Numbered from the stretch's first letter, positions 1 through 9,112 are shown. The stretch: DNA of 32,048 bases from Gemmatimonadales bacterium (GCA_035620935.1 DASPFU010000068.1:1-32048); one strand, 5' to 3'. Made by a program: numbers and translations. The notes: generated by a model not told the origin, from the letters alone.

Positions 1-339
1 CTGTCCCTGTTCCCGTTCTGCACTGCGTGGATGGGCGACTCGCATTTCGCCACCGTACCGGTCGCGGCCTATGGGGTGGTGCTGCTGCTGGCGGCTTGCG
101 CCTACTACCTGCTGGTGCGCGCGCTGATCGCGCGGCACGGCCGGGCCTCGGCCCTCGCGGCGGCGATCGGCGACGACCGTAAGGGGCGAGCGTCGGTGGC
201 GGTGTACGCAGTGGCGATCCCGGCATCGGTCATCACGCCCTGGCTCTCCTGCGCGCTCTACCTGGCAGTGGCCCTGCTGTGGCTCGTGCCCGACCCACGG
301 ATCGAGCGTGCCCTCGCGGCCCACGCGGAGGAACGGTGA
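1..339 (+). CDS. Membrane protein, C-terminal part (5' end outside the window); possibly DUF1211/TMEM175-like
   Basis: Frame 1 is open from nt 1 (LSLFPFCTAWMGD...). It contains hydrophobic helices (VPVAAYGVVLLLAACAYYLLV, ALYLAVALLWLV) and a PDPRIE tail. The family assignment is from memory only. The TGA at 337-339 overlaps the next gene's GTG. Confidence 0.5.
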   Translation: MSLFPFCTAWMGDSHFATVPVAAYGVVLLLAACAYYLLVRALIARHGRASALAAAIGDDRKGRASVAVYAVAIPASVITPWLSCALYLAVALLWLVPDPRIERALAAHAEER

Positions 340-1772
340 GGCAGCACCGCCTCCCGTTCGCGCTCGCGGTCGGTGTCGCGGCGCTCGCTGCGGCCCCGCT
401 CCACGGACAACAGGCGCGCCTCGTCGCCCGCCGCGTGCTGCCGGCCGCGACCTACCGGGCCGGATCGCCGCCGTCCGGCGCGTTCTTTTCGTCGGCGGAG
501 CGAGCCACCGCCCTGGCCAACGGTGTGCCGGGGCCCGCCAGCGGGCCCTACTTCGGCGAGCAGCCCGTGCAGGGGTTCTCCAGCATGGTGCCCGCGGACG
601 ACGGGACCTGGTGGGCACTGTCCGACAACGGCTACGCGTGGCGGACGAACTCGGCCGACTTCCAGCTGGCCATGTACCGGGTGGGTAGCGCTCCCGCCGA
701 TGCCGGCAGGCTGGCGGTCCTGGAGACGATCCTGCTCCACGATCCCGACCGCCACATCTCGTGGACCATCGTGTGCGACCCGGGAGGCGGCCCTGCCTTG
801 CCCGGGTTCTCGTTCAACGTGCTCCCCGCCCCGCCGCCGGCCTGCGGCGCCGAGCCGGCGCGCCGCATCCTGACGGGCTTCGATTTCGACCCCGAGTCGT
901 TCGTTCGCGCCGCGGACGGCACCTTCTGGGTGGGCGAGGAATTCGGCCCGTTCCTGCTCCACGTCGCTCCCGACGGCCGGGTGCTCGAGCCGCCGATCGC
1001 GGTGCCCGGCGTCCGCTCGCCGCAGAACCCGTTCCTCGCGATCGCCGACCGGGAGCGGGCCGAAGCGCCAACGGTGGCGGCGAGCCGCGGCTTCGAGGGG
1101 CTGGCGATCAGCCCCGACGGGTCGAGGCTCTACGGCCTGCTGGAAGGGGCGGTGGCGGGGGACGACGCCCGGGATCTGCGCATCTACGTGTTCGACGTGG
1201 CGCGGCGCGCGTTCGTGGGGTTCCTGCGAGTCCGCCTGGAGCTGCCGAGCCAGCAGGTCGACCTCACGCCGCTCACCGACGCATCAGGCGCCCGGCTCTA
1301 TCCCGGCGCCGTCGCGCCGCCGGCCGGCCCGGTCGCGATCGGGGAGCTGAAGGCCGTGAACGAGCGGCAGCTGCTGATGATCGAGCGGGACAACCTCGGC
1401 GACGGCCTGCCGGCGCCGCGCTTCAAGAGGGTGTTCCTCCTCGACCTGTGGCGGGCGGCGGCGCAGAACGGATACGTCGGCAAGACCCCGCTCCTCGACC
1501 TGCTCGCGATCCCCGATCCGTCGGGCGTGGGCGGCGACGGCGACGTCTTCCGCCTGCCGTTCTACACGATCGAGTCGGTGCACGTGGTGGACAGCCACAC
1601 CCTGCTGATCGCGTCCGACAACAACTTCCCGTTCTCGAGCGGGCGCTCGCGCAGCCGCAGCGCGGATCGGCGCGGGCCACTCGCCGCCGACGACACGGAG
1701 ATCGTGCTCGTGCGCCTCGGTATGCCGCTCGACGCCGACCCCCGGCTCCTGCCGGCGGCGGGCCCTCCCTAG
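336..1772 (+). CDS. Secreted phytase-like (esterase-like activity of phytase, PF13449-type) domain protein
   Basis: The in-frame GTG at 336 gives VRQHRLPFALAVGVAALAAAPLHGQQ, a signal peptide. Motifs seen: LSDNGYAW, DPESFVRAADGTFWVGEEFGPF, EGLAISPDGSRLYGLLEG, IERDN, LLIASDNNFPF. The upstream part of the tracked ORF (279-335) overlaps the previous gene and looks non-coding. Confidence 0.75.
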   Translation: MRQHRLPFALAVGVAALAAAPLHGQQARLVARRVLPAATYRAGSPPSGAFFSSAERATALANGVPGPASGPYFGEQPVQGFSSMVPADDGTWWALSDNGYAWRTNSADFQLAMYRVGSAPADAGRLAVLETILLHDPDRHISWTIVCDPGGGPALPGFSFNVLPAPPPACGAEPARRILTGFDFDPESFVRAADGTFWVGEEFGPFLLHVAPDGRVLEPPIAVPGVRSPQNPFLAIADRERAEAPTVAASRGFEGLAISPDGSRLYGLLEGAVAGDDARDLRIYVFDVARRAFVGFLRVRLELPSQQVDLTPLTDASGARLYPGAVAPPAGPVAIGELKAVNERQLLMIERDNLGDGLPAPRFKRVFLLDLWRAAAQNGYVGKTPLLDLLAIPDPSGVGGDGDVFRLPFYTIESVHVVDSHTLLIASDNNFPFSSGRSRSRSADRRGPLAADDTEIVLVRLGMPLDADPRLLPAAGPP

Positions 1773-1803
1773 CGCCGGCGCGGCGGCGGCCCGCCGCTTC
1801 GCC

Positions 1804-2451
1804 TCACTGACCCATCATGCTGCGTGGCGTCTCGGTGATCGACGACGTCGCGTCGGAGCCGCGGCCGGTCAGCTCCATCGTCCCGTCCCGGGTCACCGCC
1901 TTGACCAGCCCGAACTGGTGGTCGAGCGTCACCCAGCCCTCGTTGCCGTCCTTCTGGCGGATGTGCAGGGCGCGGAACGACCCGGCGGGGACAGACACCG
2001 TCTCCCACCCCACCACCTGTGTCTCGAGGCACTCCCGCACCATGTCGGCCGCGAGATTGGGCATCATCCGGGAGGCCATCATGGTCACCATCTGCTGCGG
2101 CATGCGCATCGCCGGCTCGTTTCCCGCCTTCATGACGATCGCGCGGGCGCGCCCCATCTGGTAGGCGAGACCCGGGACCAGCAGCTGCATGATCATGGTC
2201 TCGGATTTCGCGCTCTCGATCTTCATTTCGTACCAGTAGTAGGTCGAGTCCCCCTGCGCCTCGGAGCCGACCAGCGCCATGCGCATCCGCGAACCATCGG
2301 ACTTGCCGCCGGTGAACCCATAGCTGGCCCACGCGCCGACCGTGGGGGTGCGCTGCTGCAGCTCGCCGCACAGCTCGGCTTGGTCTTGGGCGAGCAACGG
2401 GGCGGTCGTGAGCCCGCAGGATATGGCGGCGAGAACGGACAGGGCGCGCAT
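1804..2451 (-). CDS. Hypothetical secreted or lipoprotein, Met-rich, 215 aa
   Basis: The internal ATG at 2451-2449 is preceded by GGGAGA. The N-terminus MRALSVLAAISCGLTTAPLLAQD is a signal peptide. The upstream part of the 453-aa tracked ORF runs through the tRNA gene and is Arg/Pro-rich junk. Confidence 0.7.
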   Translation of the reverse strand: MRALSVLAAISCGLTTAPLLAQDQAELCGELQQRTPTVGAWASYGFTGGKSDGSRMRMALVGSEAQGDSTYYWYEMKIESAKSETMIMQLLVPGLAYQMGRARAIVMKAGNEPAMRMPQQMVTMMASRMMPNLAADMVRECLETQVVGWETVSVPAGSFRALHIRQKDGNEGWVTLDHQFGLVKAVTRDGTMELTGRGSDATSSITETPRSMMGQ

Positions 2452-2582
2452 GGTGTCTCCCGGGATGGGGTCGTTGGTGAAGATGTGGCGTGCGGGACGC
2501 CTGCGCGCAAGGGGCGGCGCGGGGAGGGCGCAGTCTTCCACCCGCTCGGCGCACTCCGTAAGTTGGGGCGCAGCACCAGCGC

Positions 2583-2653
2583 TGGCCCCTCGTCCAACGG
2601 CAGGACACCGGACTTTGGATCCGGGAATCTTGGTTCGAATCCAAGGGGGCCAA
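2583..2653 (+). tRNA. tRNA-Gln (anticodon UUG)
   Basis: Hand-folded cloverleaf. Acceptor TGGCCCC/GGGGCCA with the U1:A72 pair typical of bacterial tRNA-Gln. D arm GTCC-AACGGCA-GGAC with GG in the loop. Anticodon arm CCGGA-CTTTGGA-TCCGG. Variable loop GAAT. T arm CTTGG-TTCGAAT-CCAAG. No CCA is encoded. Confidence 0.85.
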
Positions 2654-2962
2654 TCCCGTGCCGTGGCCGGTTCGGCCGGTGCGCCATCATCGCCCCCCGG
2701 GACGCCCTGTTCGGCATGAGCCGGATGTTCGCGGTCGACGCGGACGAGTACGCAGGCCTGGCCCGTCCGCCGGCGGCGTCCGCCGCCGCGTGTGATGGAC
2801 GTGTGACTCCCGCATGACCGCCCCGGCCTAACCTCCCTTCTCGTACTCGGGGCGCCGCGCCGCCCCGCCTGCCGAGTGACACCGCAGTCGTGCGACCGCC
2901 ACCCGACGACGGGACCCCGCGCCGCCAGCGCCGTCTCACCGCACGTCGCGTTGGAGGTCGCC

Positions 2963-3498
2963 ATGCGAAAACTCGCGCTCACCCTCGCCCCCCTGCTGTT
3001 CCTGGCCTGCGGCCGGGAGCCCGTCGCGCCCGCGCTGCCGGAGATCTCGGCCGGCCGGCGCGCCGCAGTCGTGAAGGACGTTCCCGATCCCGTCGTCGGC
3101 CTCACGCTCGGCAGTTGTGGCGCGTTCGACATCCTCTCCGACTGGAACGGACTGCTGCAGTTCACGTACTACTACGACGGCGATGGGAACCTGGTGTTCG
3201 ACAGCACCTCCGCTACCGGGTCCTCGGACAGAGCCGGTACTACAACTCCGCCGATCCACAGCTGGTGGTACTCGGCGGCCCCGGGGAGATCCAGAACAAT
3301 CGCTGGGACTTCACCGACAGCACGGTGGCCTTTTCGGGCGTGGCCTGGAAGATCACGCTGCCCGGGTACGGCACGATCCTCTTCGAGACCGGGAAGACCG
3401 TGTTCGACCTGACGACCGGGACGATCATCCACGACACCGGGCACAATCAGCTGAACGAGCAGGACTTCGCCGCCCTGTGCGAGGTGCTGACGCCGTAG
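2963..3498 (+). pseudogene. Lipoprotein gene interrupted by an apparent 1-nt frameshift near 3203-3216
   Basis: GGAGG lies 5 nt upstream of the ATG at 2963. The N-terminus MRKLALTLAPLLFLACG is a lipobox signal. This frame reads sensibly to ...TYYYDGDGNLVFDS and then becomes Arg/Pro/Ser junk. The frame one nt back reads sensibly from ~3211 (RYRVLGQSRYYNSADPQLVVLGGPGEIQNNRWDFTD...ALCEVLTP) to the stop at 3498. Confidence 0.55.
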
Positions 3499-3529
3499 CA
3501 CGCTCGAGATCGCTCGGCCTCGTGACGCC

Positions 3530-3552
3530 CCGCCCGGCCCCCCGCCGGGCGG
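3530..3552 (+). terminator. GC-rich hairpin, possible intrinsic terminator
   Basis: CCGCCCGGC-CCCCC-GCCGGGCGG forms a 9-bp perfect stem 32 nt after the stop at 3498. It is followed by TGTGT, so the U tract is weak. Confidence 0.3.
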
Positions 3553-3607
3553 TGTGTCCGGGCCTCTGCTTGCCAAAGCCCCACGGTGCGGTTTCCCTTA
3601 TCGCGCC

Positions 3608-4318
3608 ATGAAGACCGTCATCGTCGCCGCCGGCCGCGGCAGCCGCCTGCTCGCGAGCACCGACGACCGCCCCAAGACGCTCCTCCCGCTCGGCGACGGG
3701 ACGATCCTCTCCTCCATCCTCACGAGCTTCCAGCACGCCGGCTGCTCGGACTTCGTCCTGGTGACGGGCTATCGCGGCGACCAGCTCGCCGCCTTCGCCG
3801 CGGCCCCCCCGCCCGGCACGCACATCGCGATCGTCGAGAACCGCGAGTGGACCCGGGGCAACGGCCTCTCGGTCTACGCCGCCCGCGCCGCCGTCGGTGA
3901 CGAGCCGTTCCTGCTGGCGATGTCCGATCACCTCGTCTCCGCCGCCGCCCTGCGCGCGATGCGCGACGCTCCCCCCGGCCCCGCCCTGCTGCTCGTGGAC
4001 CCGCGGATCGACGCCGTGATCGACCTGGACGACGCGACGAAGGTGTGGGTGGAAGACGGGCGTGTCACCCGCATCGGCAAGGACCTGGACCGCTACAACG
4101 CGGTGGACTGCGGCATCTTCCGGCTCGACGGCCGGTTCTTCCCCGCCATGGAGACGGCGCTCGCCGCCGGGCGCGAGGGGATCTCGGACGCGATGCGGGA
4201 GCTGATCGCCGCCCAGGCACTCGCGCCCCTGCCCCTGCCCGAGGGCGCCGTGTGGGTGGACATCGACACGCCCGAAGCGTACGCCTACGCCCGGACCCAC
4301 CTGGCGGCCTATCGGTGA
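3608..4318 (+). CDS. Nucleotidyltransferase (GlmU/LicC/MobA-like NTP-transferase fold); substrate unknown
   Basis: MKTVIVAAGRGSRL...PKTLLPL is the canonical (L)xAAGxGxRL...PK signature of sugar- or alcohol-phosphate nucleotidyltransferases. The in-frame ATG is at 3608. The stop overlaps the next gene's start (GTGA). Confidence 0.8.
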   Translation: MKTVIVAAGRGSRLLASTDDRPKTLLPLGDGTILSSILTSFQHAGCSDFVLVTGYRGDQLAAFAAAPPPGTHIAIVENREWTRGNGLSVYAARAAVGDEPFLLAMSDHLVSAAALRAMRDAPPGPALLLVDPRIDAVIDLDDATKVWVEDGRVTRIGKDLDRYNAVDCGIFRLDGRFFPAMETALAAGREGISDAMRELIAAQALAPLPLPEGAVWVDIDTPEAYAYARTHLAAYR

Positions 4319-5424
4319 AGATCCGGCTGCTCTTCAAGATCGGCTTCGTCTACCACAAGGCAGCGTTCGATCCGGTGATCGAGCTGTTCCTCCGGGATCC
4401 CCAGTACGACGTCTGGTTCGCGCTGGACGAGGAGCGCATCCGGCGCTGGCTGATCACCTGGCCTTACCGCCCGGCGATCGTGGACGAGTGGGAGCGCGCG
4501 GGATACCGGTTCACGCGTGAGAAGGCCGGCTTCGACGTCGTCATCACCGGGGATACGGTGCGCGATGCCGAAGCGTACGGCCGCACCCTGCTCTGCTTTC
4601 TCAATCACGGCACGGGGATCAAGACGATCCTGTACCGCAACCTCGCGAGCTTCCCGGACCATCGCTATCAGATCTTCGTCGAGGGGACCCACCGGGTGGA
4701 GAAGCTGCGCGAATCGGGCGTGCTGCGCCGCAGCGAGGTGCACCTCGTCGGCCTGCCGAAGCTCGACTGGTACTTCCAGGGCCGCTACGCCGACCGCGCG
4801 GGGCTGCTGTCGCGCTGGGGCCTCGACCCGGCGAAGCCCACCGTGCTCTACGCCCCGACGTACAAGCCGACGTCGCTTTACGCGCTCAAGGACGCGGTGT
4901 TCGAGGCGACGGCGCCCGACTGCAACCTCATCGTCAAACTGCACCACTACAGCTGGATGGGCCGGTACGCACCCCACGCCCAGCACCGCCTCTACGAGCG
5001 GCGCGTGCGACACTGGCGGCACGCCGTGCTGCTGCCGATGAGCGAGTACAACATCATGCCGTACATGGCGGCGGCGGACACCCTGCTGAGCGAAGCCTCG
5101 AGTACCGTCTTCGACTTTCTGGCGCTCGACCGCACCGGCATCATCTACGACCTGCCGTCCGACCGGCTCAAGCACTCGGACGGCATGCCGCTCCTGGAGC
5201 TCGACAACCGCGAGTTCCTGAAGGACGCGTTCGTGCACGTGGGGGCGCCGGAGGGCCTCGCGCCCGGCATCGGGCGCGCGCTCGCGCCCACGCCCGAGAT
5301 GCGGGCGGCCGCGGCGCGCGAACGGGCACATCTTTTCCACCAGCTGGACGGGAAGGCGAGCGAGCGCCTCAAGACGAAAATCGAAGCGCTGCTGCGGGAG
5401 GGCGGGCACGAGAACGGGGCCTGA
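4315..5424 (+). CDS. CDP-glycerol glycerophosphotransferase (TagB/TagF, PF04464-like) family protein
   Basis: GTG at 4315. Motifs seen: NHGTGIK, KPTVLYAPTYKP, LLSEASSTVFDFLALDRTGIIYD. These resemble the TagF-family catalytic C-terminal region, recalled from memory. Confidence 0.7.
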   Translation: MKIRLLFKIGFVYHKAAFDPVIELFLRDPQYDVWFALDEERIRRWLITWPYRPAIVDEWERAGYRFTREKAGFDVVITGDTVRDAEAYGRTLLCFLNHGTGIKTILYRNLASFPDHRYQIFVEGTHRVEKLRESGVLRRSEVHLVGLPKLDWYFQGRYADRAGLLSRWGLDPAKPTVLYAPTYKPTSLYALKDAVFEATAPDCNLIVKLHHYSWMGRYAPHAQHRLYERRVRHWRHAVLLPMSEYNIMPYMAAADTLLSEASSTVFDFLALDRTGIIYDLPSDRLKHSDGMPLLELDNREFLKDAFVHVGAPEGLAPGIGRALAPTPEMRAAAARERAHLFHQLDGKASERLKTKIEALLREGGHENGA

Positions 5425-5439
5425 GCGGGCCCCGTGCGC

Positions 5440-5931
5440 TCACTGGCCGGGTGGTCCCCCGCGCCGGAGCGGCGGCAGGACCTCGGGCTTCGGCAGGGCG
5501 TCGAACCTGGACTGTTGCTCCGGCATCAGCAGGTTGCGGATCGTGCCGTGCCACAGATCCGCCTCCGCCTGGTAACCCTCCAGCTCGGCGCGGGAGCTGT
5601 CGAACCGCGCGCGCAACGCCCCGCGCTCCGCCTCGCTCAGCTCCTGCGGCGAACGGCCCGCGAGGGCGGCCTGCATTTCCTCGCGCAGCGCGCGGCGGCG
5701 CGCCGCCGCCTCGCGCATCACCCCGTTCAGCGCCGTGTACGGCTCGGTGACCCGATCGCGCTGCGCCACCGTGAGACCCACGGCCTGCGCGAGCGAATCG
5801 ATGGTCATCCAGTGGTCGGGGGGTGGCTGAAACCGGCGCCCGGCCACTGGCGGTTCCTGCTGCCCCGCCGCCGTCGCCGGCGCGAGCGCAAACAGGGGGA
5901 CGGCCAGGCTCCAACGGGCGATCGGTCGCAT
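5440..5931 (-). CDS. Periplasmic Spy/CpxP-like (LTXXQ motif) protein
   Basis: The ATG at 5931 is preceded by AAGGAGA. The signal peptide is MRPIARWSLAVPLFALAPATAAGQQ. LTVAQRDRV and LMPEQQSRF are LTXXQ-type motifs in a helical, Arg/Glu-rich protein. Confidence 0.7.
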   Translation of the reverse strand: MRPIARWSLAVPLFALAPATAAGQQEPPVAGRRFQPPPDHWMTIDSLAQAVGLTVAQRDRVTEPYTALNGVMREAAARRRALREEMQAALAGRSPQELSEAERGALRARFDSSRAELEGYQAEADLWHGTIRNLLMPEQQSRFDALPKPEVLPPLRRGGPPGQ

Positions 5932-6034
5932 CGGGGTCTCCTTGCCGGGGTCCGGCTGGAGAAACATACCCGCGCCCGCGGGGTTGCCAACCCCTTCACG
6001 GGGGTGGGCTTACCGGCTAGGTTGGGGGGCTCGT

Positions 6035-6988
6035 ATGGCGGACCTGACGATCTCGCGCAGCCAGCTCCTGTTGCTCGCCGGCACGGCCAACCGGCCGCTG
6101 GCGGAGGAGATGGCGCAACAGCTCGGTCAGCCGCTCTGCGCGGTGACGCTCCGCCGGTTCGCCGACGGCGAGCTGTTCGTGAAGATCGACGAGAACGTGC
6201 GCGGCCGCGATGTGTTCATCATCCAGCCGACGAACCCGCCGGCGGAGAACTACATCGAGCTGCTGCTGCTCATCGACGCGGCGCGGCGCGCCAGCGCGGC
6301 GCGGGTGACGGCCGTGCTGCCGTACTTCGGCTACGCGCGACAGGACCGCAAGGACCAGCCGCGCGTCGCGATCAGCGCGAAGTTGATGGCGAACCTGGTG
6401 ACGCACGCCGGGGCGGACCGCGTGCTGGGGATGGACTTCCATTCCCACCAGCTGCAGGGGTTCTTCGACATTCCGGTGGACCACCTGTACGCGGCGCCGG
6501 CGTTCGTCAGCCACTTCCGCCAGAAGGAGCTGCACGATCCAGTGGTGGTGGCGCCCGACGTCGGCTCGGCGAAGATGGCGCGGGGGTTCGCGAAGCGGCT
6601 GAACGCATCGCTCGCCATCATCGACAAGCGGCGCCCCTCGGCCAACGTCGCCGAGGTCGTCAACGTGGTCGGCGACGTCGAGGACAAGGACTGCCTCATC
6701 CCCGACGACATGATCGATACGGCGGGGACGATCACCGAGGCATCACGGGCACTCAAGAAGCTCGGCGCGCGGCGCGTGTTCGCGTTCGCCACGCACGCCC
6801 TGCTCTCGGGGCCCGCGGTCGAGCGCCTCCGCGAGGCGCCAATCGACGAAGTGACGGTGACCAATACGATCCGGCTCCCCGAGGAGCGGAAGTTCGACAA
6901 GCTGAAGATCCTGTCGATCGCCGGTCTGATGGCGAAGGCGATCGGCTACGAGCACTCGAACCAGTCGGTGAGTTCCCTGTTTGACTGA
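6035..6988 (+). CDS. prs: Ribose-phosphate pyrophosphokinase
   Basis: MADLTI...GELFVKIDENVRGRDVFIIQ, YFGYARQDRK, MDFHSHQLQGFFDIPVDHL, and the PRPP loop IPDDMIDTAGT. Confidence 0.95.
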   Translation: MADLTISRSQLLLLAGTANRPLAEEMAQQLGQPLCAVTLRRFADGELFVKIDENVRGRDVFIIQPTNPPAENYIELLLLIDAARRASAARVTAVLPYFGYARQDRKDQPRVAISAKLMANLVTHAGADRVLGMDFHSHQLQGFFDIPVDHLYAAPAFVSHFRQKELHDPVVVAPDVGSAKMARGFAKRLNASLAIIDKRRPSANVAEVVNVVGDVEDKDCLIPDDMIDTAGTITEASRALKKLGARRVFAFATHALLSGPAVERLREAPIDEVTVTNTIRLPEERKFDKLKILSIAGLMAKAIGYEHSNQSVSSLFD

Positions 6989-7001
6989 CACGAGGTAGCA
7001 G

Positions 7002-7682
7002 ATGGCACAGATCGTTGAACTGACCGCGGAACCGCGGACCGAGACGGGCAAGGGCGCGGCGCGGCAGACCCGCTTCCGCAGCCGGGTGCCCGCCGTCATC
7101 TACGGCCACGGCCGCGATACCCAGCCGCTCACCCTCGACGCCTTCGCCCTGAGTCAGGCGCTGAAGGACGTCGAATGGGCGAGCGCCCTCATCCAGCTCA
7201 CCATCGACGGGAAGACCGTGCGCGCGCTGATCCGCGAGATCCAGCGGCACCCGGTGCGGCCGGACATCCTCCACCTGGATTTCTACGAGATCCGGGCGGA
7301 CGAGAAGGTGCGGCTCAAGCTGCCCGTGCACCTGGTGGGCACCCCCGAGGGCGTGCGGAACCAGGGCGGCGTCCTCGACCAGGTGGCGCGCGAGATCGAG
7401 ATCGAGGTGCTGCCGGCGCACATCCCCGACCGCCTCGACGTGGACGTCACCGACCTCACGATGGGCCACTCGCTGCACGTGCGGGACATCACGATCCCGA
7501 ACGCGCAGATCCTCACGTCCGCAGACCTGACGATCGCCACGATCGTCGCGCCGCGGACCGAGGAAGTGGCCGCGCCGACCGCCGAAGCGGTCGCCGAGGT
7601 GGCCGAGCCCGAGCTCATCCGCAAGCCGCGCGAGGAAGAGGAAGGCGAGGAGGGCGAGGCCGAGGCCCCGCCCAAGGGCTGA
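7002..7682 (+). CDS. rplY: 50S ribosomal protein L25 / general stress protein Ctc
   Basis: RSRVPAVIYGHG motif, two-domain Ctc-length protein, acidic C-terminal tail (EEEEGEEGEAE). Confidence 0.9.
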   Translation: MAQIVELTAEPRTETGKGAARQTRFRSRVPAVIYGHGRDTQPLTLDAFALSQALKDVEWASALIQLTIDGKTVRALIREIQRHPVRPDILHLDFYEIRADEKVRLKLPVHLVGTPEGVRNQGGVLDQVAREIEIEVLPAHIPDRLDVDVTDLTMGHSLHVRDITIPNAQILTSADLTIATIVAPRTEEVAAPTAEAVAEVAEPELIRKPREEEEGEEGEAEAPPKG

Positions 7683-7685
7683 CCG

Positions 7686-8231
7686 CTGCGCGCCGTCGTC
7701 GGGCTCGGCAACCCCGGGCCGGAGTACGCGGCGACGCGTCACAACGCGGGCTTCCGGCTGGCCGACGCGCTCGCCGCGCACTGGGGGTTGCCCCCCTTCC
7801 GCCGCGGCGAGCGCGCCCGTTTTTCCGAGGGCGAGGTGTACGGCACCGCCGTGCGCCTGCTCAAGCCGACCACCTACATGAACCGCAGCGGCGCCGCGCT
7901 CGCGGCCCTGCGGGCCGATCCCGCCTTCGACCCGTCCCGCGACCTGCTGGTGCTGGTGGACGACTTCGCCATTCCCCTCGGCACCTTCCGCCTGCGCCGC
8001 GAGGGGTCGAGCGGCGGGCATAACGGCCTCAAGAGCATCGAGGGAGCCCTCCAGTCGCAGGCTTACGCCCGCCTGCGCATCGGCGTCGGACCGCTGCCGC
8101 CGGGAACGGCGGGCTGGGCCGACTTCGTGCTCGACCCGTTTACCCGGGAGGAGTCCGAACAGCTCGAGGCCCTGCTCCCCCGGCTGATCGAAGCGGTCGA
8201 CGGCTGGCTGGCCGGAGCGCCCACCCCGTGA
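7686..8231 (+). CDS. pth: Peptidyl-tRNA hydrolase; start codon uncertain, apparently CTG
   Basis: [27 protein letters not shown] and GHNGLKS motifs. The conserved N-terminus begins right after the rplY stop. No ATG, GTG or TTG is available upstream of the catalytic-His region. Confidence 0.85.
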   Translation: MRAVVGLGNPGPEYAATRHNAGFRLADALAAHWGLPPFRRGERARFSEGEVYGTAVRLLKPTTYMNRSGAALAALRADPAFDPSRDLLVLVDDFAIPLGTFRLRREGSSGGHNGLKSIEGALQSQAYARLRIGVGPLPPGTAGWADFVLDPFTREESEQLEALLPRLIEAVDGWLAGAPTP

Positions 8232-9112
8232 GGGCGACGCTCTTTCCGCTCGCCGCCCTGGTGGCGGGCGTGATCGGGGTCGCCGCGGCGTGGCGGCGGC
8301 CGGTCGGCCCCGGATGGCCGGCGGCGCTCGCCCGGCTGTCGTTCGCCGTCGTCGCGGCCCTCGTGGTGGCCTGGGCGGGCGGCTGGCGGGGCGCGGCCGC
8401 CGCGCTGGTGGGTGCGCTGGGCGGTGTGGCGGCCGGCACCATGGCCCCGTCCGCCACCGCCGCGCTCGCGTTGCTCGCGTTCGGCATCACGGCGCGGGCG
8501 TTCCTCGTGTTCGGCTACGACGAGGCCGCCTGGCGGGTGTTCGCAGCCGTCGCGGCGGGGCTCGCGGCGGGCGCGGCGCTGGCGCGCCGCGACGGGGACG
8601 CCGCGTCGAGCCGGTACGCCGCACACACCCTCGCCCTCGCGGGTGCCGTGGTCGCGGCCGCCGCCGCGCCCGGGGTGGCGAACCGGCTGGATGCCGTGGC
8701 GTTGCCGGTGTTCGTGGCGGCGGCGGCAGTGCTCGGCGGCGCGCTGGCGGCCCTGCTGTTGCGACTCTCGGACAGTGCCTTCGTCTCCCGGGTCATCGCG
8801 GTCGCCGTGTTCCTCGCCGCCCTGTGGGAGGTATCGGGCTGGGTCGATCCGGTGCTGGTCGGCGCCGACAGCCGCCCCCTCGCCCCCGCCGTCCCGCTCG
8901 CGGCGGCCGGCGCGGGCGTCACCGCGGCATTCGTGGCGAGCCTCGCGACGCGCACCGCCTTGCCGCCCCCGCTGCGCGTGGCCGCCCTGATCGCGGCGGT
9001 CGTCGGGTGCGGCGGCGCGGCGCACCTCGTGGCGGGGCTGTACGGCCTCGGACTCGCCGCCGTCGTCGCGCTCAGCGTCCTCAGCCTGCTCGACCCCGAC
9101 TGGACGGTCTGA
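8228..9112 (+). CDS. Hypothetical polytopic membrane protein (very Ala-rich, ~9-10 predicted TM helices)
   Basis: The GTG at 8228 overlaps the pth stop (GTGA). The third codon position is consistently G/C and there are repeated hydrophobic stretches. I recognise no family. Confidence 0.55.
   Translation: MRATLFPLAALVAGVIGVAAAWRRPVGPGWPAALARLSFAVVAALVVAWAGGWRGAAAALVGALGGVAAGTMAPSATAALALLAFGITARAFLVFGYDEAAWRVFAAVAAGLAAGAALARRDGDAASSRYAAHTLALAGAVVAAAAAPGVANRLDAVALPVFVAAAAVLGGALAALLLRLSDSAFVSRVIAVAVFLAALWEVSGWVDPVLVGADSRPLAPAVPLAAAGAGVTAAFVASLATRTALPPPLRVAALIAAVVGCGGAAHLVAGLYGLGLAAVVALSVLSLLDPDWTV

Noticed and set aside
2583-5424. The idea that tRNA-Gln marks the border of an integrated island (frameshifted lipoprotein plus TagF-like cassette downstream)
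   Set aside because: There is no integrase. I could find no direct repeat of the tRNA 3' end downstream. There is no compositional shift relative to the rest of the window.
5434-6984. A 516-aa plus-strand ORF across the Spy-like gene and prs
   Set aside because: Its composition is not protein-like. It overlaps a minus-strand gene with an RBS, signal peptide and LTXXQ motifs, and lies out of frame with the clear prs gene.
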